Shown: positions 1-12,599 of the stretch, piece after piece | Position numbering within the stretch: the first letter of the stretch is position 1 | Layout of the letters: each line of letters begins with the position of its first letter | The notes under the pieces: generated by a model | Databases searched by the model: none | Seen by the model: only the letters and a program-made list of their open reading frames with translations | What the model was told of the DNA's origin: nothing | Made by a program: the position numbers and the translations under genes | Assembly (NCBI RefSeq): GCF_032444005.1 | Contig: NC_091285.1 | Location: forward strand, 135,594,001 to 135,658,000 | Direction: 5' to 3' | From: Ranitomeya imitator | Lineage: Eukaryota | DNA length: 64,000 nt

Positions 1-694
1 AAGTTTATAATGCAGAGCCGTGAAAATAAAAAATCATTTTTCTTTCCTCAAAAATGATTTTTAGCCCGCAATTTTTTATTTTCACAATGGTAACAGGAGA
101 AATTAGACCCCAAAAGTTGTTTTCCAGTTTGTCCTGAGTACGCTGATAGCAGATATGTGGGGGTAAACCACTATTTGGGCACACGTCGGGGCTCGGAAGG
201 GAAGTTGTGACGTTTTGAAATGCAGACTTTCATGGAATGGTCTGCGGGCGTCACGTTGCGTTTGCAGAGCCCCTGATGTGCCTAAACAGTAGAAACCCTC
301 ACAAGTGAACCCATTTTGGAAACTAGACCCCCGAAGAAACTTATCTAGATGTGTGATGAACACTTTCAACCCGCAAGTGCTTCACAGTAGTTTATAACAC
401 AGGGCCGTGAAAATAAAAATCATTTTTCTTTCCTCAAAAATTATTATCTTAGCCCACAATTTTTTTATTTTCACAAGGGTAAAGGGAGAAATTGGACCCC
501 AAAAGTTGTTGTCCAGTTTGTTCTGAGTATGCTGGTACCCCATATGTGGGGTTAAACCACTGTCTGGGCACACGTCAGGGTTCGGAAGGGAAGGTGCACC
601 AGTTGACTTTTTGAATGCAAGATTGGCTGGAATCAATAGTGGCACCACGTCGCGTTTGGAGACCCCCTGATGTGTCTAAACAGTGGAAACCCCT

Positions 695-1345
695 CAATTC
701 TAACTCCAACACTAACTCCAGCACATCCCTAACCCTAATCCCAACTTTAACCATGACCATAATCACAACCCTAACCCCAACACACCCCTATCCACAACCC
801 TAACCCCAACACCCCTAACCCTAATCCCAACCATAACCCTAAACACAAGCCTAACCCTAACCCCAACACACCCCTAACCCTAATCTTAACCCTAATTCCA
901 ACCCTAACCCTAATTCCAACCCTAACTCTAATTCCAACCCTAACCCTAAGGCTATGTGCCCACGTTGCAGATTTGTGTGCGGATTTTTCTGCACCGTTTT
1001 TTAAAAATCCACAGGTGAAATGCACTGATTTCCAGTGTTTTTTGCGCGGATTTCACCAGCGGATTCCTATACATGAACAGGTGTAAAACGCTGCGGAATC
1101 CGCACAAAATATTGACATGCAGCGGAAAATATCGAGCCGTATTTTCCGCACCATGGGCACAGCAGATTTGGTTTTCCATAGGTTTACATGGTACTGTAAA
1201 CGTGATGGAAAACTGCTACGAATCTGCAGTGGCCAATCCGCTGTGGATCCGCAGCCAAATCCGAACCATGTGCACATAGCCTAATTCTAACCCTAACCCT
1301 AATTCTAACCATAATCCTAACCCTAATTCCCTAGTTCTAACCCTA
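695..1345 (+). repeat. Degenerate telomere-like (CCCTAA)n array inside the transposon, split by a MITE
   Basis: Runs of ccctaa/ccctaat/ccccaa at about 695-949 and 1282-1345. Confidence 0.85.
950..1281. mobile_element. PIF/Harbinger-type MITE
   Basis: TIRs GGCTATGTGCCCAC ... GTGCACATAGCC; TAA on both flanks (947-949, 1282-1284); internal palindromic GCGGAT/ATCCGC motifs. Confidence 0.75.
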
Positions 1346-2592
1346 GTGGAAAAACTATTTGGAAGATGGCGGTGCCCATGCAGAAGACGGATGGACACCG
1401 GAGGTTGATAAGTATGGGGGTAAGTATGGGGGGTGGGATTGGAGCATGGAGGGAGCGGACAGGAGGACGGAGGGGAGCGGAGCATCGTGGGCTCCAGCCA
1501 TGGCCGATGATATTGCAGCATCGGCCATGGCTGGATTGTAATATTTCACCAATTTTCATTGGTGAAATATTACGATTGCTCTGATTGAAAGTGAAAGTGA
1601 AACGTCACTTTCAACAGCCAATCAGAGCGATCGTAGCCATGGGGGGGGGGGCAATCCACCCCCCTGGGCTCAAGTACCACTCCCCCTGTCCCTGCAGGTC
1701 GGGTGAAATTTCAGTTAGCCCTTTCACCCGATCTGCAGGAACGCGATCCTGCCATGACGCCACATAGGCATCACAGGTCGGATTGGCACCGACTTTCATG
1801 ACACCTACGTGGCGTCACAGGTCGGGAAGGGGTTAATATGAATACTACTGATTTGAGAGCATCTTGCACCAGTATGATACAGCACCAGTATGGAGGTCTG
1901 TTTGCCTTGGAGACAGGACGCCATACACAGCAGATGATGGGCTGTGAGTATTTGGGCGTATACAGCTATTCTCAGATAGGAGCTGGGTAATATTTCCCTG
2001 GATACCCATGCTGGAGTGTAACACATAATCACAGTTTTTATATATGATTATGGTATACTTTTTATAGGTATTATGGCGTATATTTTTGCACTATGATATT
2101 AATTATATGGGTTTAACATGATTTGTAAGCACTTGACAGTGTGGAGTTTTCATGATTGCTATTGTTATACTTTATGAAACACTTGTGTATTGTAAACTTG
2201 GCAATATCAATACGTGGGAACCATTGTATTACACTGTGCAGGTCGATATGTAGTGAGATAGTGGATTTCCAATAAGGCTTTTTATATTTATTTTTTCACA
2301 AGATGCTGAAAAAACTCCTGTTTTTGGTGCTAACAACTCCTGTCCTGAAAAAGTGGAGATTTTTTCTGATGCAATCTGAATATTGTATTGTATCAGAATT
2401 GTATATGTACCACTGGTGCATAGGCTCAGACTCAGATTGGCCCACAGGGGATCAGGTGAAACCCAAGAGGGTCTCCGTGCTAGATTGGGCCAGCCACAAA
2501 CCTAGTTGGCTCCAAAGCTCCAATACCTCTATATGAGCAGTGGTTGGCACAGTACTCTTGATTCCCTATGTACAGACAAAGGTAGCATTTAA

Positions 2593-3458
2593 CCCCTTAA
2601 TGACCAGAGGAATTTCAGTTTTTGAATTTCTGTTTTTGCTCCCCTTCTTCCCAGAGCCATAACTTTTTTATTTTTCTGTAAATATGGCCATGTGAGGGAT
2701 TGTTTTTTGCAGGACAAATTGTACTTTTAAACAACACAATTGGTTTTTACATATTGTGTACTGGAAAATGGTAAAAAAAAATTCCAAGAGCAGTGAAATT
2801 GCTAAAAAAAGTGCAATTCCATTTCTCTCGTTACGCCGTTTAGCGATCAGGGTAATTCTTTTTTTATATTGATAAATTGTGCGATTCTGAACGTGGCGAT
2901 ACCAAATATGTGTATATTTGATTTTTTCATTTTTTTATTTTGAATGGGGCGAAAGGAGGGGTAATTTGAACTTTTATACTATACATTTTTTAAATATTTT
3001 TTAAAGCATTTTTTTTTACTTTTTGCATGCTGCAATAGTTTCAATGGGAGACTAGAAGCTGCAGATGTCCGATCGCCTCTGTTACACACAGGCGATGATC
3101 AGATCGCCTTTGTGTAGCAGAAATGCTCACTTGCTATGAGGACCGACCACTCGGTGGTGCCCATAGCAATCTGGCTATGACAACCATAGAGGTCTGTTGC
3201 AGACCTCTGGCTGTCATGCCGACCCATCGGTGACCCGCGATCATGTGACGGGTTCACCAAAAGGCAGGATTAGCAACGCGCCTCTGGTAAATTGCGAGTT
3301 CAATGCTGCTGTCAGAGAATGACAGCGGCATTAGCTAGATAGAAGCCGCGGCTGGATAGCTGTCATGTGCCCAGAAAGGTGCCGACTCAGCGCCGGAGCC
3401 CGCAGCAAACAGGAAAGTCCGGCAAGGGAGTACTATTATGCCTAATGTCCGAAAGGGG
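2593..3458. mobile_element. Non-autonomous piggyBac-type element
   Basis: TTAA|CCCCTT ... AAGGGG|TTAA termini (TTAA at 2589-2592 and 3459-3462). Confidence 0.75.
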
Positions 3459-4745
3459 TTAATCTAATGATCCTGGTTGGTGGACCCTTGCTACCCTAGT
3501 CCAATATGGGATACATGGGATTCCGTACTTATTCACATAGGATCAGTTATGTCATTAATTTCTTCACATGGGTCAGAAGGGGTACAGAAATGTCAGAAGG
3601 GAAATAAAACCAGATCAGCAAACAAATGTGAAGGGAGTTTCAGTTCACTCATAATATGTACCCACTTTTATGGCATTCTATTTTTTTGGCCCAATCTCGC
3701 AACATTAATGTTGGTGGGGGGTTGTTTTTATTTGTCAAATTCCCACCTATTGACTTTTGTAGTGTAGCTCCTGGACTTATCAATTCTTTTGTATGAAAAA
3801 ACCCTTCAAATCTATCCAAGTTAGACAGGAAAACAAAAAGTATTATGCTGATTTCACATTCAGGACTTAGTTCCATTTCAAGTAAAAAGACTAACAAGGG
3901 ACCAGGGGTGCAGTTGGATAAAAGCAGTGGGGAATCAGTAGGGTGAATATTACTCATTTTATTATTTTACAGCATTCTGACTTTATTTTAATTTTTAAGT
4001 GACACATAGGGCAAAGGAGTTGGGATGGGAAATAGCAAAATGTTTATTTTAAGATGTACCCTGATAAAACAATTGAGGTAGTCATTAGGGTGCACACTCT
4101 ATATTGTTAGTTTGTGCTTCGATTGCAGGGGTGGAATATACACAAAGGGAACTTAGCACAAATCTGAAAATTTTGGATACAACATTTGGCAGCATGATTG
4201 TTCATGTAAAAAGCTAAGGTTTTGTTTAGATCATGTTTATGCATCGGTTGGCTATAATGATCCTGTGGATATTCTTGTGAATACCTTTGGCATTTTCCAC
4301 TGTGTTACATTGTTATATGTCTAGGCCATAGGTGCCAATACTAAAAAGTAAGTATTGTGCATAAAGATTAGTTTTTTCGTGAGACTTCTGCATAGAAAAG
4401 CATAGTAAACAAGTGAAAGACTTAACAAGCTTTCCTGTTGTATATTCCAAAAATAGGTAAAGAACATAATATGAATGTAACCTTAAACCTGCACCATACT
4501 TTTACTATGGCACATTTAAAGACAGTTGAAAAAATGTTTCACATATTTAGACCTTTTCTTGTCATTATATGTTTCTTATATTTAAGTGGTCAAAATTTAA
4601 AAAAGTTTGTGCAAAATATTGTAAAGGCAACAATTAATAAAAAATGTTGGTTCAGTTTTTGGTACAGGTGTTTCTCACAAAATTAGAATATCATCAAAAA
4701 GTTAATTTATTTAAGTTCTTCAATACAAAAAGTGAAACTCATATA

Positions 4746-5281
4746 CAGCTCTGCCAAAAATTAAGAGACCACTGCAAAATGTTCAGTTTGTCTGATTTTT
4801 CTCTTTATAGGTATATTTTTTAGTAAAATGTAAATTGTTCATTTATTCTATAAACTTCTGACGTCTCCGAATTTCCCAGCAATAAATTTTGCAATTTTTT
4901 TTCTGAAAAGGAGAAATGGTCAAAATTAAAAAAAAAAAAAAGTGATTTCAGACCTCAAATAATGCAAAGAAAACAAGTTCTTATTCATTTATAAACAACA
5001 ATACAAATGTTTTAACTCAAGAAGAGTTCAGAAATCAATATTTTGTGGAATAACCATGATTTTTAATCACAGCTTTCATGCGTCTTGGCATGCTTTCCAC
5101 CACTTTTTCACACTGCTTCTGGTTCAAAAAAAGTAAGCAGTTCTTCTTTGTTTGATGGCTTCTGACTATCCATCATCCTCTTGATTACAGTCCAGAAGTT
5201 TTCAATAGGGGTCAGGTCTGGAGATTGGGCTGCCCATGACAGGGTTTTGATGTGGCGGTCTCTTAATTTTTGCCAGAGCTG
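4746..5281. mobile_element. Non-autonomous Tc1-type MITE inserted in the left TIR of the 4665-6407 element
   Basis: TIRs CAGCTCTG(C/G)CAAAAATTAAGAGACC; TA on both flanks; host TIR sequence resumes after removal. Confidence 0.85.
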
Positions 5282-5450
5282 TATTATATAAGGTCACAAC
5301 TAACAAAGTGATCTATTTCAAGTGTTTATCTCTGTTAATGTTGATGATTATGGTTTACAGCCAATGAAAACCCAAAAGTCATTATCTCAGTAAATTAGAA
5401 TACTTTATAACACCTGCTTGAAAAATAATTTTAAAATCCGAAATGTTGGC

Positions 5451-6131
5451 CTACTGAAATGTATGCTTGATAGCAGCCTTCAACTTGTTTGCATTGTTGG
5501 GTCTGGAATCTTTCATCTTTCTCTTGTCAATACCCCACAGATTTTCTATTGTGTTAAGGTCAGGCGAGTTTGCTGGCCAATCAAGCACAGTGATAAGGTT
5601 GTTTTCAAACCAGGTACTGGTACTTTTGGCAGTGTGGATAGCTGCCAAGTCCAGCTGGAGAATGAAATTTCCATTTCCATAAAGCTTATTGGCAAACAAA
5701 ACCTTGGACCACTTAGCAACAGTCCACTTCTTTTTCTCCTTGGCCAAGGTAAGACACTACTGGCGTTGTCTATTGGTCATGAGTGGCTTGATGCAAGAAA
5801 TGTGACACTTGTAGCCCATGTCCTGGATACGTCCATGTGTGGTGGCTCTTGAAGCAATGACTCCAGCAGCAGTCCACTCCTTGTGAATCTCCCCCAAATT
5901 TTTGAATGGCCTTTTCTTAACAATCCTTTCAAGGCTGAGGTTATCCCGGTTGCTTGCGCACCTTTTTCTACCACACTTTGTCTTTCCACTCAACTTTCCA
6001 TTAATATGCTTGGATACAGCACTCTGTGAACAGCCATCTTCTTTAGCAAAGACCTTTTGTGGCTTACCCTCCTTGTGAAGTGTGTCAGTGACTGCCTTCT
6101 GGACATCTGTCAAGTCAGCAGTCTTCCCCAT
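5451..6131 (-). pseudogene. Tc1 transposase pseudogene
   Basis: MGKTADLT...GRKRC paired-like N-terminus, in-frame stop after RQRQ, deletion around the first catalytic Asp, C-terminal WPANSPDLNTIENLW motif. Confidence 0.88.
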
Positions 6132-9013
6132 GATAGTGGAGCCTACTGAAACAGACTACAGGACATTTTAAATGCTTAGGAAGCCTTTGCAGGTATTTTT
6201 TGTTAATTATTCTAATTTACTGAGATAATGACTTTTTGACTTTCATTGGCTATAAGCCATAATCATCAACATTGACAGAAATAAACACTTGAAATAGATC
6301 ACTCTGCTTGTAATGACTTTATATAATGTATGAGTTTCACTTTTTGTATTGAAGAACTGAAATAAATTAACTTTTTGATGATATTCTAATTTTGTGAGAA
6401 CCACCTGTATTTCACAATTTTAGTACATATTTTTTCAGTGAATTCTTTTTTCACATTCATCAAATATCACATATGTATATCTACATCATGCAAAAGCCAT
6501 GCCATATTCCAGCTGATTCTCATTATAGCCGATATTGTTTTTTCTGGGCCCCGCCAGGTGTCCCTGTGGAGTAATATGTTTTCATGAATATTACACTGCC
6601 AGTGAAGCACATATTTTTATAAAAAATATAGGAACCCATAATTTATTGAGCTGCAACTTTTTACCCTGGTCCCTAAAAGCAATAAAGATTTATAAGAAGT
6701 TGCATTTTCCTTCTTATAGCTGCTCACTGGAATTTATTAGACTTCAATTCTAATGGGAGCAATGTTTTAAAATCACATTGTAAATCTGTGGTCACCACAC
6801 ACTAATATGAGAATTGGTATTTCCAATTATGCGCCCAGTGACAATATTAATTAGAGGTGTCTCTGTGCCAGGTACAATTTATCACTCAGAAATCTAAGTA
6901 CACATGGGTGAAATCTGTACATGTTCGACATGGCATTTTCATTTAATAAGTACCACCTCCAAAGAATAACTTTTTTGGTATGAATTACATTTGGATTTAC
7001 ATTCTGTGGTTTTCCACACTACTTGCTGGAGCGATCATTTTTTTTCAAGACTGGTGTTTAATTTGCCCGTCTTGCACCGAAAACCAGCTAGAATAAATTG
7101 CACTACATGAATTAAGAGATTATAATTCCTAGCTATATTATTAATTTGGGCAACAGGAAATAAAATCTGCAATATTTAAGATACAATTTATCCCAGCTTT
7201 CTCATGTGCTTTGTTTTATTGGTTGTGTTGAAGTTGCCCATGCCCATTTTTTGTGAAATCCAGGTCAAAAGTGCAATATCTTGTGCAAAACCTCTTTCAG
7301 CAAATTTTCTGACTCTTTAATGTAGAATGCATGTTTAAGGAGTTGTCCGTTGGATAGGTGAATACTTGCTGATCAGTGGATGTTTGACTGCTGAGATCCA
7401 TACAAATTGGCAGAATTGGGACTTTGTATCCCCTCTAGAATGGATCAGCAGTACGTATAGTCAACTGCTACTCGATTAATTCCCTGGTGGACTGCCAAAC
7501 ACTCTGCTAAGCTTTTTCCAGCAGTAGACAACATTCATGAACATGCATGCCATTCACCTTTGAACCATATAGAAGCTGGCTTCACACTGGCTTTACAGAT
7601 GTATCTGGGAAAAGTATTTTTTACTATTCTGACTCCATGACTAAGCTGCAAGCGTAGGGCACTGTGAGACACCATTTCTAGACTTTCTCTTTACCGTACT
7701 AACACAAAATCATGTCCTCAAACAGTTTTATCACGACCGTAGGAGGCACGTATGAAGATTCCAGAAGAAGGTTTATTTTCCTGCTGAATTCTTGTAAATA
7801 TGCACACACATACAGCAGGTAAAAATAGGACTGCAAACACATGAGCTTCTAAGATGGCTGAGAGATGGTGAAAGAGGAAGACGAATGGAGAAGAAGAGAG
7901 GGGTTACTGACATCGGAACTAGATCCGAGAGAGACAGGGAGAGTGGAAGGACAAACTTCTAAAGAGAGCAAAGCTTATTGCATTGCAATGAAACAGCAAT
8001 ATGTAACAACACAAAGTGAATGCAATACAGTCTGTAATATCCCCAAATCATGGGACATGACACTACTCAATATTGTAGAAGGAAGCAAAATATCCACATG
8101 GACACATGTGAGATCACTATAGACAATAGAGCATATTCATCTGTCCATCTGGTCAACCAGCCAAATTTCATTGACTTAATCATTACCAACATGTTTTTCC
8201 ACGCTATATTCTTAGTCTTGTCCTGAATGTCTTTGTGATTTCTAGTCTACAACACTCATCCCTGCTATCTACGGCAAGTGAGGCAGGGAGATGGCACAAT
8301 GCAAAACCAGAGGGCAGTACGATGCACTGAGCCTCTTGGCAATGCCAAGGGTGCACCTAGCACCCTAATTAGCATTTATGCTTAAACTTAAGTTGGTCAT
8401 TCACCTATGCTGGATACGGAAATGCCAAAAGAAAAAGTAGCCCCTTTAGATGGTACATTAGAAAGGGCAGACAGAAGCAGAACAAAGAATAAGCCAGGCA
8501 TCCAGCTGAAGCAGATGTCCTGGAGAAGTCAACAACAGATAAAGAACCAACCAATGGTAATATTAATGTGATTACTCTCAGTGGAATAGAACTATCAGAT
8601 GATTGTGTTCCTCTCCTATCTCATGGCTTAAACTATTGCAATGTTGAAAGTGTTGATTATTACCACTTACGAATTGATAATTTAATTTAATTTGTATAAT
8701 ACATATAGTGCAAAAAAAGGTTTTAGCATGATCTTTAATTTTTCTGATACGGATAGAACTATTTCTGGATGTACCTCATGTGAGTATAGAGCAGGCTGAG
8801 AATAATCCATTTCAGGGTGGTGTACCTTCTGAATTTGATCCTCCTTTACCGGCAGGCTCTACAATGGCGCAAGTAAGGTAAGGTGGTTAAATCTTTTATT
8901 TATCCAAATTATGAGAACACAGCATTAAAAAGGTTGAAGGAAAAAAAATGATCTAGTGGGGAGACCTGCTGACAAAGCGGGAAATGTGGATATGTTATCT
9001 AAGCAATTATATA

Positions 9014-10621
9014 CAGTGGGGCAAAAAAGTATTTAGTCAGTCAGCAATAGTGCAAGTTCCACCACTTAAAAAGATGAGAGGCGTCTGTAATTTACATCAT
9101 AGGTAGACCTCAACTATGGGAGACAAACTGAGAAAAAAAAAATCCAGAAAATCACATTGTCTGTTTTTTTATCATTTTTTTTGCATATTATGGTGGAAAA
9201 TTAGTATTTGGTCAGAAACAAACAATCAAGATTTCAGGCTCTCACAGACCTGTAACTTCTTCTTTAAGAGTTTCCTCTTTCCTCCACTCATTACCTGTAG
9301 TAATGGCACCTGTTTAAACTTGTTATCAGTATAAAAAGACACCTGTGCACACCCTCAAACAGTCTGACTCCAAACTCCACTATGGTGAAGACCAAAGAGC
9401 TGTCAAAGGACACCAGAAACAAAATTGTAGCCCTGCACCAGGCTGGGAAGACTGAATCTGCAATAGCCAACCAGCTTGGAGTGAAAAAAATCAACAGTGG
9501 GAGCAATAATTAGAAAATGGAAGATATACAAGACCACTGATAATCTCCCTCGACCTGGGGCTCCACGCAAAATCCCACCCCGTGGGGTCAGAATGATCAC
9601 AAAAACGGTGAGCAAAAATCCCAGAACCACGCGGGGGGACCTAGTGAATGAACTGCAGAGAGCTGGGACCAATGTAACAAGGCCTACCATAAGTAACACA
9701 CTACGCCACCATGGACTCAGATCCTGCAGTGCCAGACGTGTCCCACTGCTTAAGCCAGTACATGTCCGGGCCCGTCTGAAGTTTGCTAGAGAGCATTTGG
9801 ATGATCCAGAGGAGTTTTGGGAGAATGTCCTAAGATCTGATGAAACCAAACTGGAACTGTTTGGTAGAAACACAACTTGTCGCGTTTGGAGGAAAAAGAA
9901 TACTGAGTTGCATCCATCAATCACCATACCTACTGTAAAGCATGGTGGTGGAAACATCATGCTTTGGGGCTGTTTCTCTGCAAAGGGGCCAGGACGACTG
10001 ATCCGGGTACATGAAAGAATGAATGGGGCCATGTATCGTGAGATTTTGAGTGCAAACCTCCTTCCATCAGCAAGGGCATTGAAGATGAAACGTGGCTGGG
10101 TCTTTCAACATGACAATGATCCAAAGCACACCGCCAGGGCAACGAAGGAGTGGCTTCGTAAGAAGCACTTCAAGGTCCTGGAGTGGCCTAGCCAGTCTCC
10201 AGATCTCAACCCTATAGAAAACCTTTGGAGGGAGTTGAAAGTCCATGTTGCCAAGCGAAAAGCCAAAAACATCACTGCTCTAGAGGAGATCTGCATGGAG
10301 GAATGGGCCAACATACCAACAACAGTGTGTGGCAACCTTGTGAAGACTTACAGAAAACGTTTGACCTCTGTCATTGCCAACAAAGGATATATTACAAAGT
10401 ATTGAGATGAAATTTTGTTTCTGACCAAATACTTATTTTCCACCATAATATGCAAATAAAATGTTAAAAAAACAGACAATGTGATTTTCTGGATTTTTTT
10501 TTCTCAGTTTGTCTCCCATAGTTGAGGTCTACCTATGATGTAAATTACAGACGCCTCTCATCTTTTTAAGTGGTGGAACTTGCACTATTGCTGACTGACT
10601 AAATACTTTTTTGCCCCACTG
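9014..10621 (+). mobile_element. Full-length Tc1 element (1608 bp)
   Basis: Near-identical TIRs of about 210 bp starting CAGTGGGGCAAAAAAGTATTTAGTCAG; TA TSD (9012-9013, 10622-10623). Confidence 0.97.
9382..10405 (+). pseudogene. Tc1 DD34E transposase with a single frameshift
   Basis: MVKTKELSKDTRNKIV start at 9382; frame shifts in the A-run at about 9484-9490; the 302-aa ORF has [11 protein letters not shown] and [11 protein letters not shown] with 34 residues between the second D and the E. Confidence 0.92.
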
Positions 10622-11113
10622 TATGCATGAATGTCTGCGGCAATTGAATGGCATCAGAGTGTATTCTCCCTTAAAATCACACATAAAATAAAAGAAAAAC
10701 TTTTGCCACTACTGTGACGAGATGTGGAACAAGGAATGTTCTCGTTTAGTCTTGCTAACAAATTGCTGATAGAGTTTACAAAGAAACCATATTACTACTG
10801 AATTTGGAAGATTCATAAATAGATTGATAATCTTCCTGGTCGTCCAGGAGCAGGCATTAGAAGTGTGATAGAGCCCCTGTTGGAGTATATGGATTAGCAG
10901 AGGAATTTTTGCAAGAAATTGATAGGTTTGAAAGGAATGAGGGAAACATGTTGGCCCCGATTGACGTCAAGACCTATACACCTGTATCCCACAGGATGCT
11001 GGCGTGAAACTTTTTAGGCATCAGCTGGGCTATACGGAGACTGATATAGGAGTCAGTGACTTTATTTGTGAAGCTTTACATTTTATTGCTTCACATAACT
11101 CATTTCAGTTTAA

Positions 11114-11392
11114 CCCCTTTACCCCCATGGGTGGTTTGCACGGTAATGACCAGGCCAATTTTTACAATTCTGACCACTGTCCCCTTATGAGGTTATCACT
11201 CTGGAACGCTTCAACAGATCCCGGTAATTCTGACATTGTTTTCTCGTGACATATTGTACTTCGTGATAGTGGTAAAATTTCTTTGATATTACCTGCGTTT
11301 ATTTGTGAAAAAACGGAAATTTGGCGAAAATTTTGAAAATTTTGCAATTTTCCAACTTTGAATTTTTATGCAATTAAATCACAGAGATATGT
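11114..11392. mobile_element. Truncated terminus of a piggyBac-type non-autonomous element
   Basis: TTAA|CCCCTT start; similar to the reverse complement of the element end at 35700-36024. Confidence 0.6.
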
Positions 11393-11657
11393 GTAATAGT
11401 ATGCAGTTACTGAGTATGTCACCACAGAACAGACAGACCAACAGTAGAGGATTTCTTGAGAAAAGAACACTTATCAGTCTGATGAGGACTTGCTTGAAGG
11501 GTCATCTTCTCCAACGTATGTAGAAAAGCCGCAGAGATAGCATCACGTGTTTCTCAACGCAAGCAATAAATAGCCAGGTCTTTCACCGGGAAGGAACAAC
11601 CACGGGAAGGGCAGCATCCAAAAAGGAAAACCACCTATACCAAAACATGGTATCCCT

Positions 11658-11700
11658 CCACAGACAGCTGTTTTGGGGTATTTGCCCCTCATCAGTGTGG
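11658..11700 (-). ncRNA. Minimal type I hammerhead ribozyme motif, G12A variant (copy 1)
   Basis: Minus strand CCACA-CTGATGA-GGGG-CAAATA-CCCC-AAAA-CAGCTG-TC-TGTGG: stems I and II pair, palindromic stem III ACAGCTGT, GUC cleavage triplet; GAAA is AAAA. Confidence 0.78.
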
Positions 11701-12009
11701 AGTAGGACATTGGCTATTAGGAGCAGTGCCTAGTGAAAGGACTATAAACATAAGGATGAATGACCTCGGTGAGATCAAAACATCCAACACTGCGGAGACA
11801 CCATCACATGTTTCTTAACGCAGTGATCCAGAACACTGCCCCCATCCCTTATGGGAAATATGCAAATGCATGTAGAAAAGTCGTGGAGACACCATCACGT
11901 GTTTCTCAATGCAAGCAATAAATAGCCAGGTCTTTCACCGGGAAGGAACAACCATGGGAAGGACAGCATCCAAAAAGGAAAACCACCTATGCCAAAACAT
12001 GGTATCCAT

Positions 12010-12052
12010 CCACAGACAGCTGTTTTGGGGTATTTGCCCCTCATCAGTGTGG
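12010..12052 (-). ncRNA. Minimal type I hammerhead ribozyme motif, G12A variant (copy 2)
   Basis: Identical to the 11658-11700 motif. Confidence 0.78.
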
Positions 12053-12361
12053 AGTAGGACATTGGCTATTAGGAGCAGTGCCTAGTGAAAGGACTATAAA
12101 CATAAGGATGAATGACCTCGGTGAGATCAAAACATCCAACACTGCGGAGACACCATCACATGTTTCTTAACGCAGTGATCCAGAACACTGCCCCCATCCC
12201 TTATGGGAAATATGCAAATGCATGTAGAAAAGCCGTGGAGACACCATCACGTGTTTCTCAATGCAAGCAATAAATAGCCAGGTCTTTCACCGGGAAGGAA
12301 CAACCACGGGAAGGGCAGCATCCAAAAAGGAAAACCACCTATGCCAAAACATGGTATCCAT

Positions 12362-12404
12362 CCACAGACAGCTGTTTTGGGGTATTTGCCCCTCATCAGT
12401 GTGG
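12362..12404 (-). ncRNA. Minimal type I hammerhead ribozyme motif, G12A variant (copy 3)
   Basis: Identical to the 11658-11700 motif. Confidence 0.78.
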
Positions 12405-12599
12405 AGTAGGAAACTGGCTATTAGGAGCAGTGCCTAGTGAAAGGACTATAAACATAAGGATGAATGACCTCGGGGAGATCAAAACATCCAACACCGCAGA
12501 GACACCATCACGTGTTTCTCAACGCAGTGATCCAGAAAACTGCTCCCTATCCCTTAACGCAAGCAGTAAATAGTACTGATCCTGCAAGCGCATTATGAG

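Larger units (their letters stand above)
1..1832. mobile_element. Right-hand part of a non-autonomous TTAA-target (piggyBac-type) DNA element; left end lies outside the window
   Basis: Ends ...GGGAAGGGG|TTAA (TTAA at 1833-1836). Internal degenerate repeats (gaaactagacccc, tttggggtcc) recur in the 33.9-35.6 kb element. No coding capacity. Confidence 0.6.
4665..6407 (-). mobile_element. Tc1 element with internal deletion and a nested MITE
   Basis: TIRs CAGGTG(T/G)TTCTCACAAAATTAGAATATCATCAAAAAGTT at both ends; TA TSD (4663-4664, 6408-6409); transposase fragments inside. Confidence 0.9.
8560..11085 (+). pseudogene. Penelope-like element reverse transcriptase remnant, interrupted by the 9014-10621 Tc1
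   Basis: Translates NVITLSGIELSDDCVPLLSHGLNYC (PLE N-terminal block); PADKAGNVDMLSKQLY|MHECLRQLN continues across the Tc1 TA site; DVKT-LYTCIPQDAG (RT motif A with a 1-nt frameshift) near 10965-11010. Confidence 0.75.
11519..12573 (-). repeat. Three tandem 352-bp monomers each carrying a hammerhead motif and an octamer (satellite-2/retrozyme-like array)
   Basis: TGTAGAAAAG recurs at 11519, 11871 and 12223; hammerhead motif starts at 11658, 12010 and 12362; ATGCAAAT at 11860 and 12212. Confidence 0.93.

Noticed and set aside
695-1345. Possible chromosome end or fusion scar
   Set aside because: Repeats are short, degenerate, single-orientation and enclosed within a transposon.
9403-10032. 209-aa minus-strand ORF, and similar antisense ORFs over the Gypsy pol and hAT transposase
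   Set aside because: Shadow frames of genuine transposon coding strands with no independent motifs.
11479-11505. CTGATGA followed by GAAG just before the 352-bp array
   Set aside because: No convincing stems I to III and no GAAA-NUH arrangement, so it was not counted as a hammerhead.
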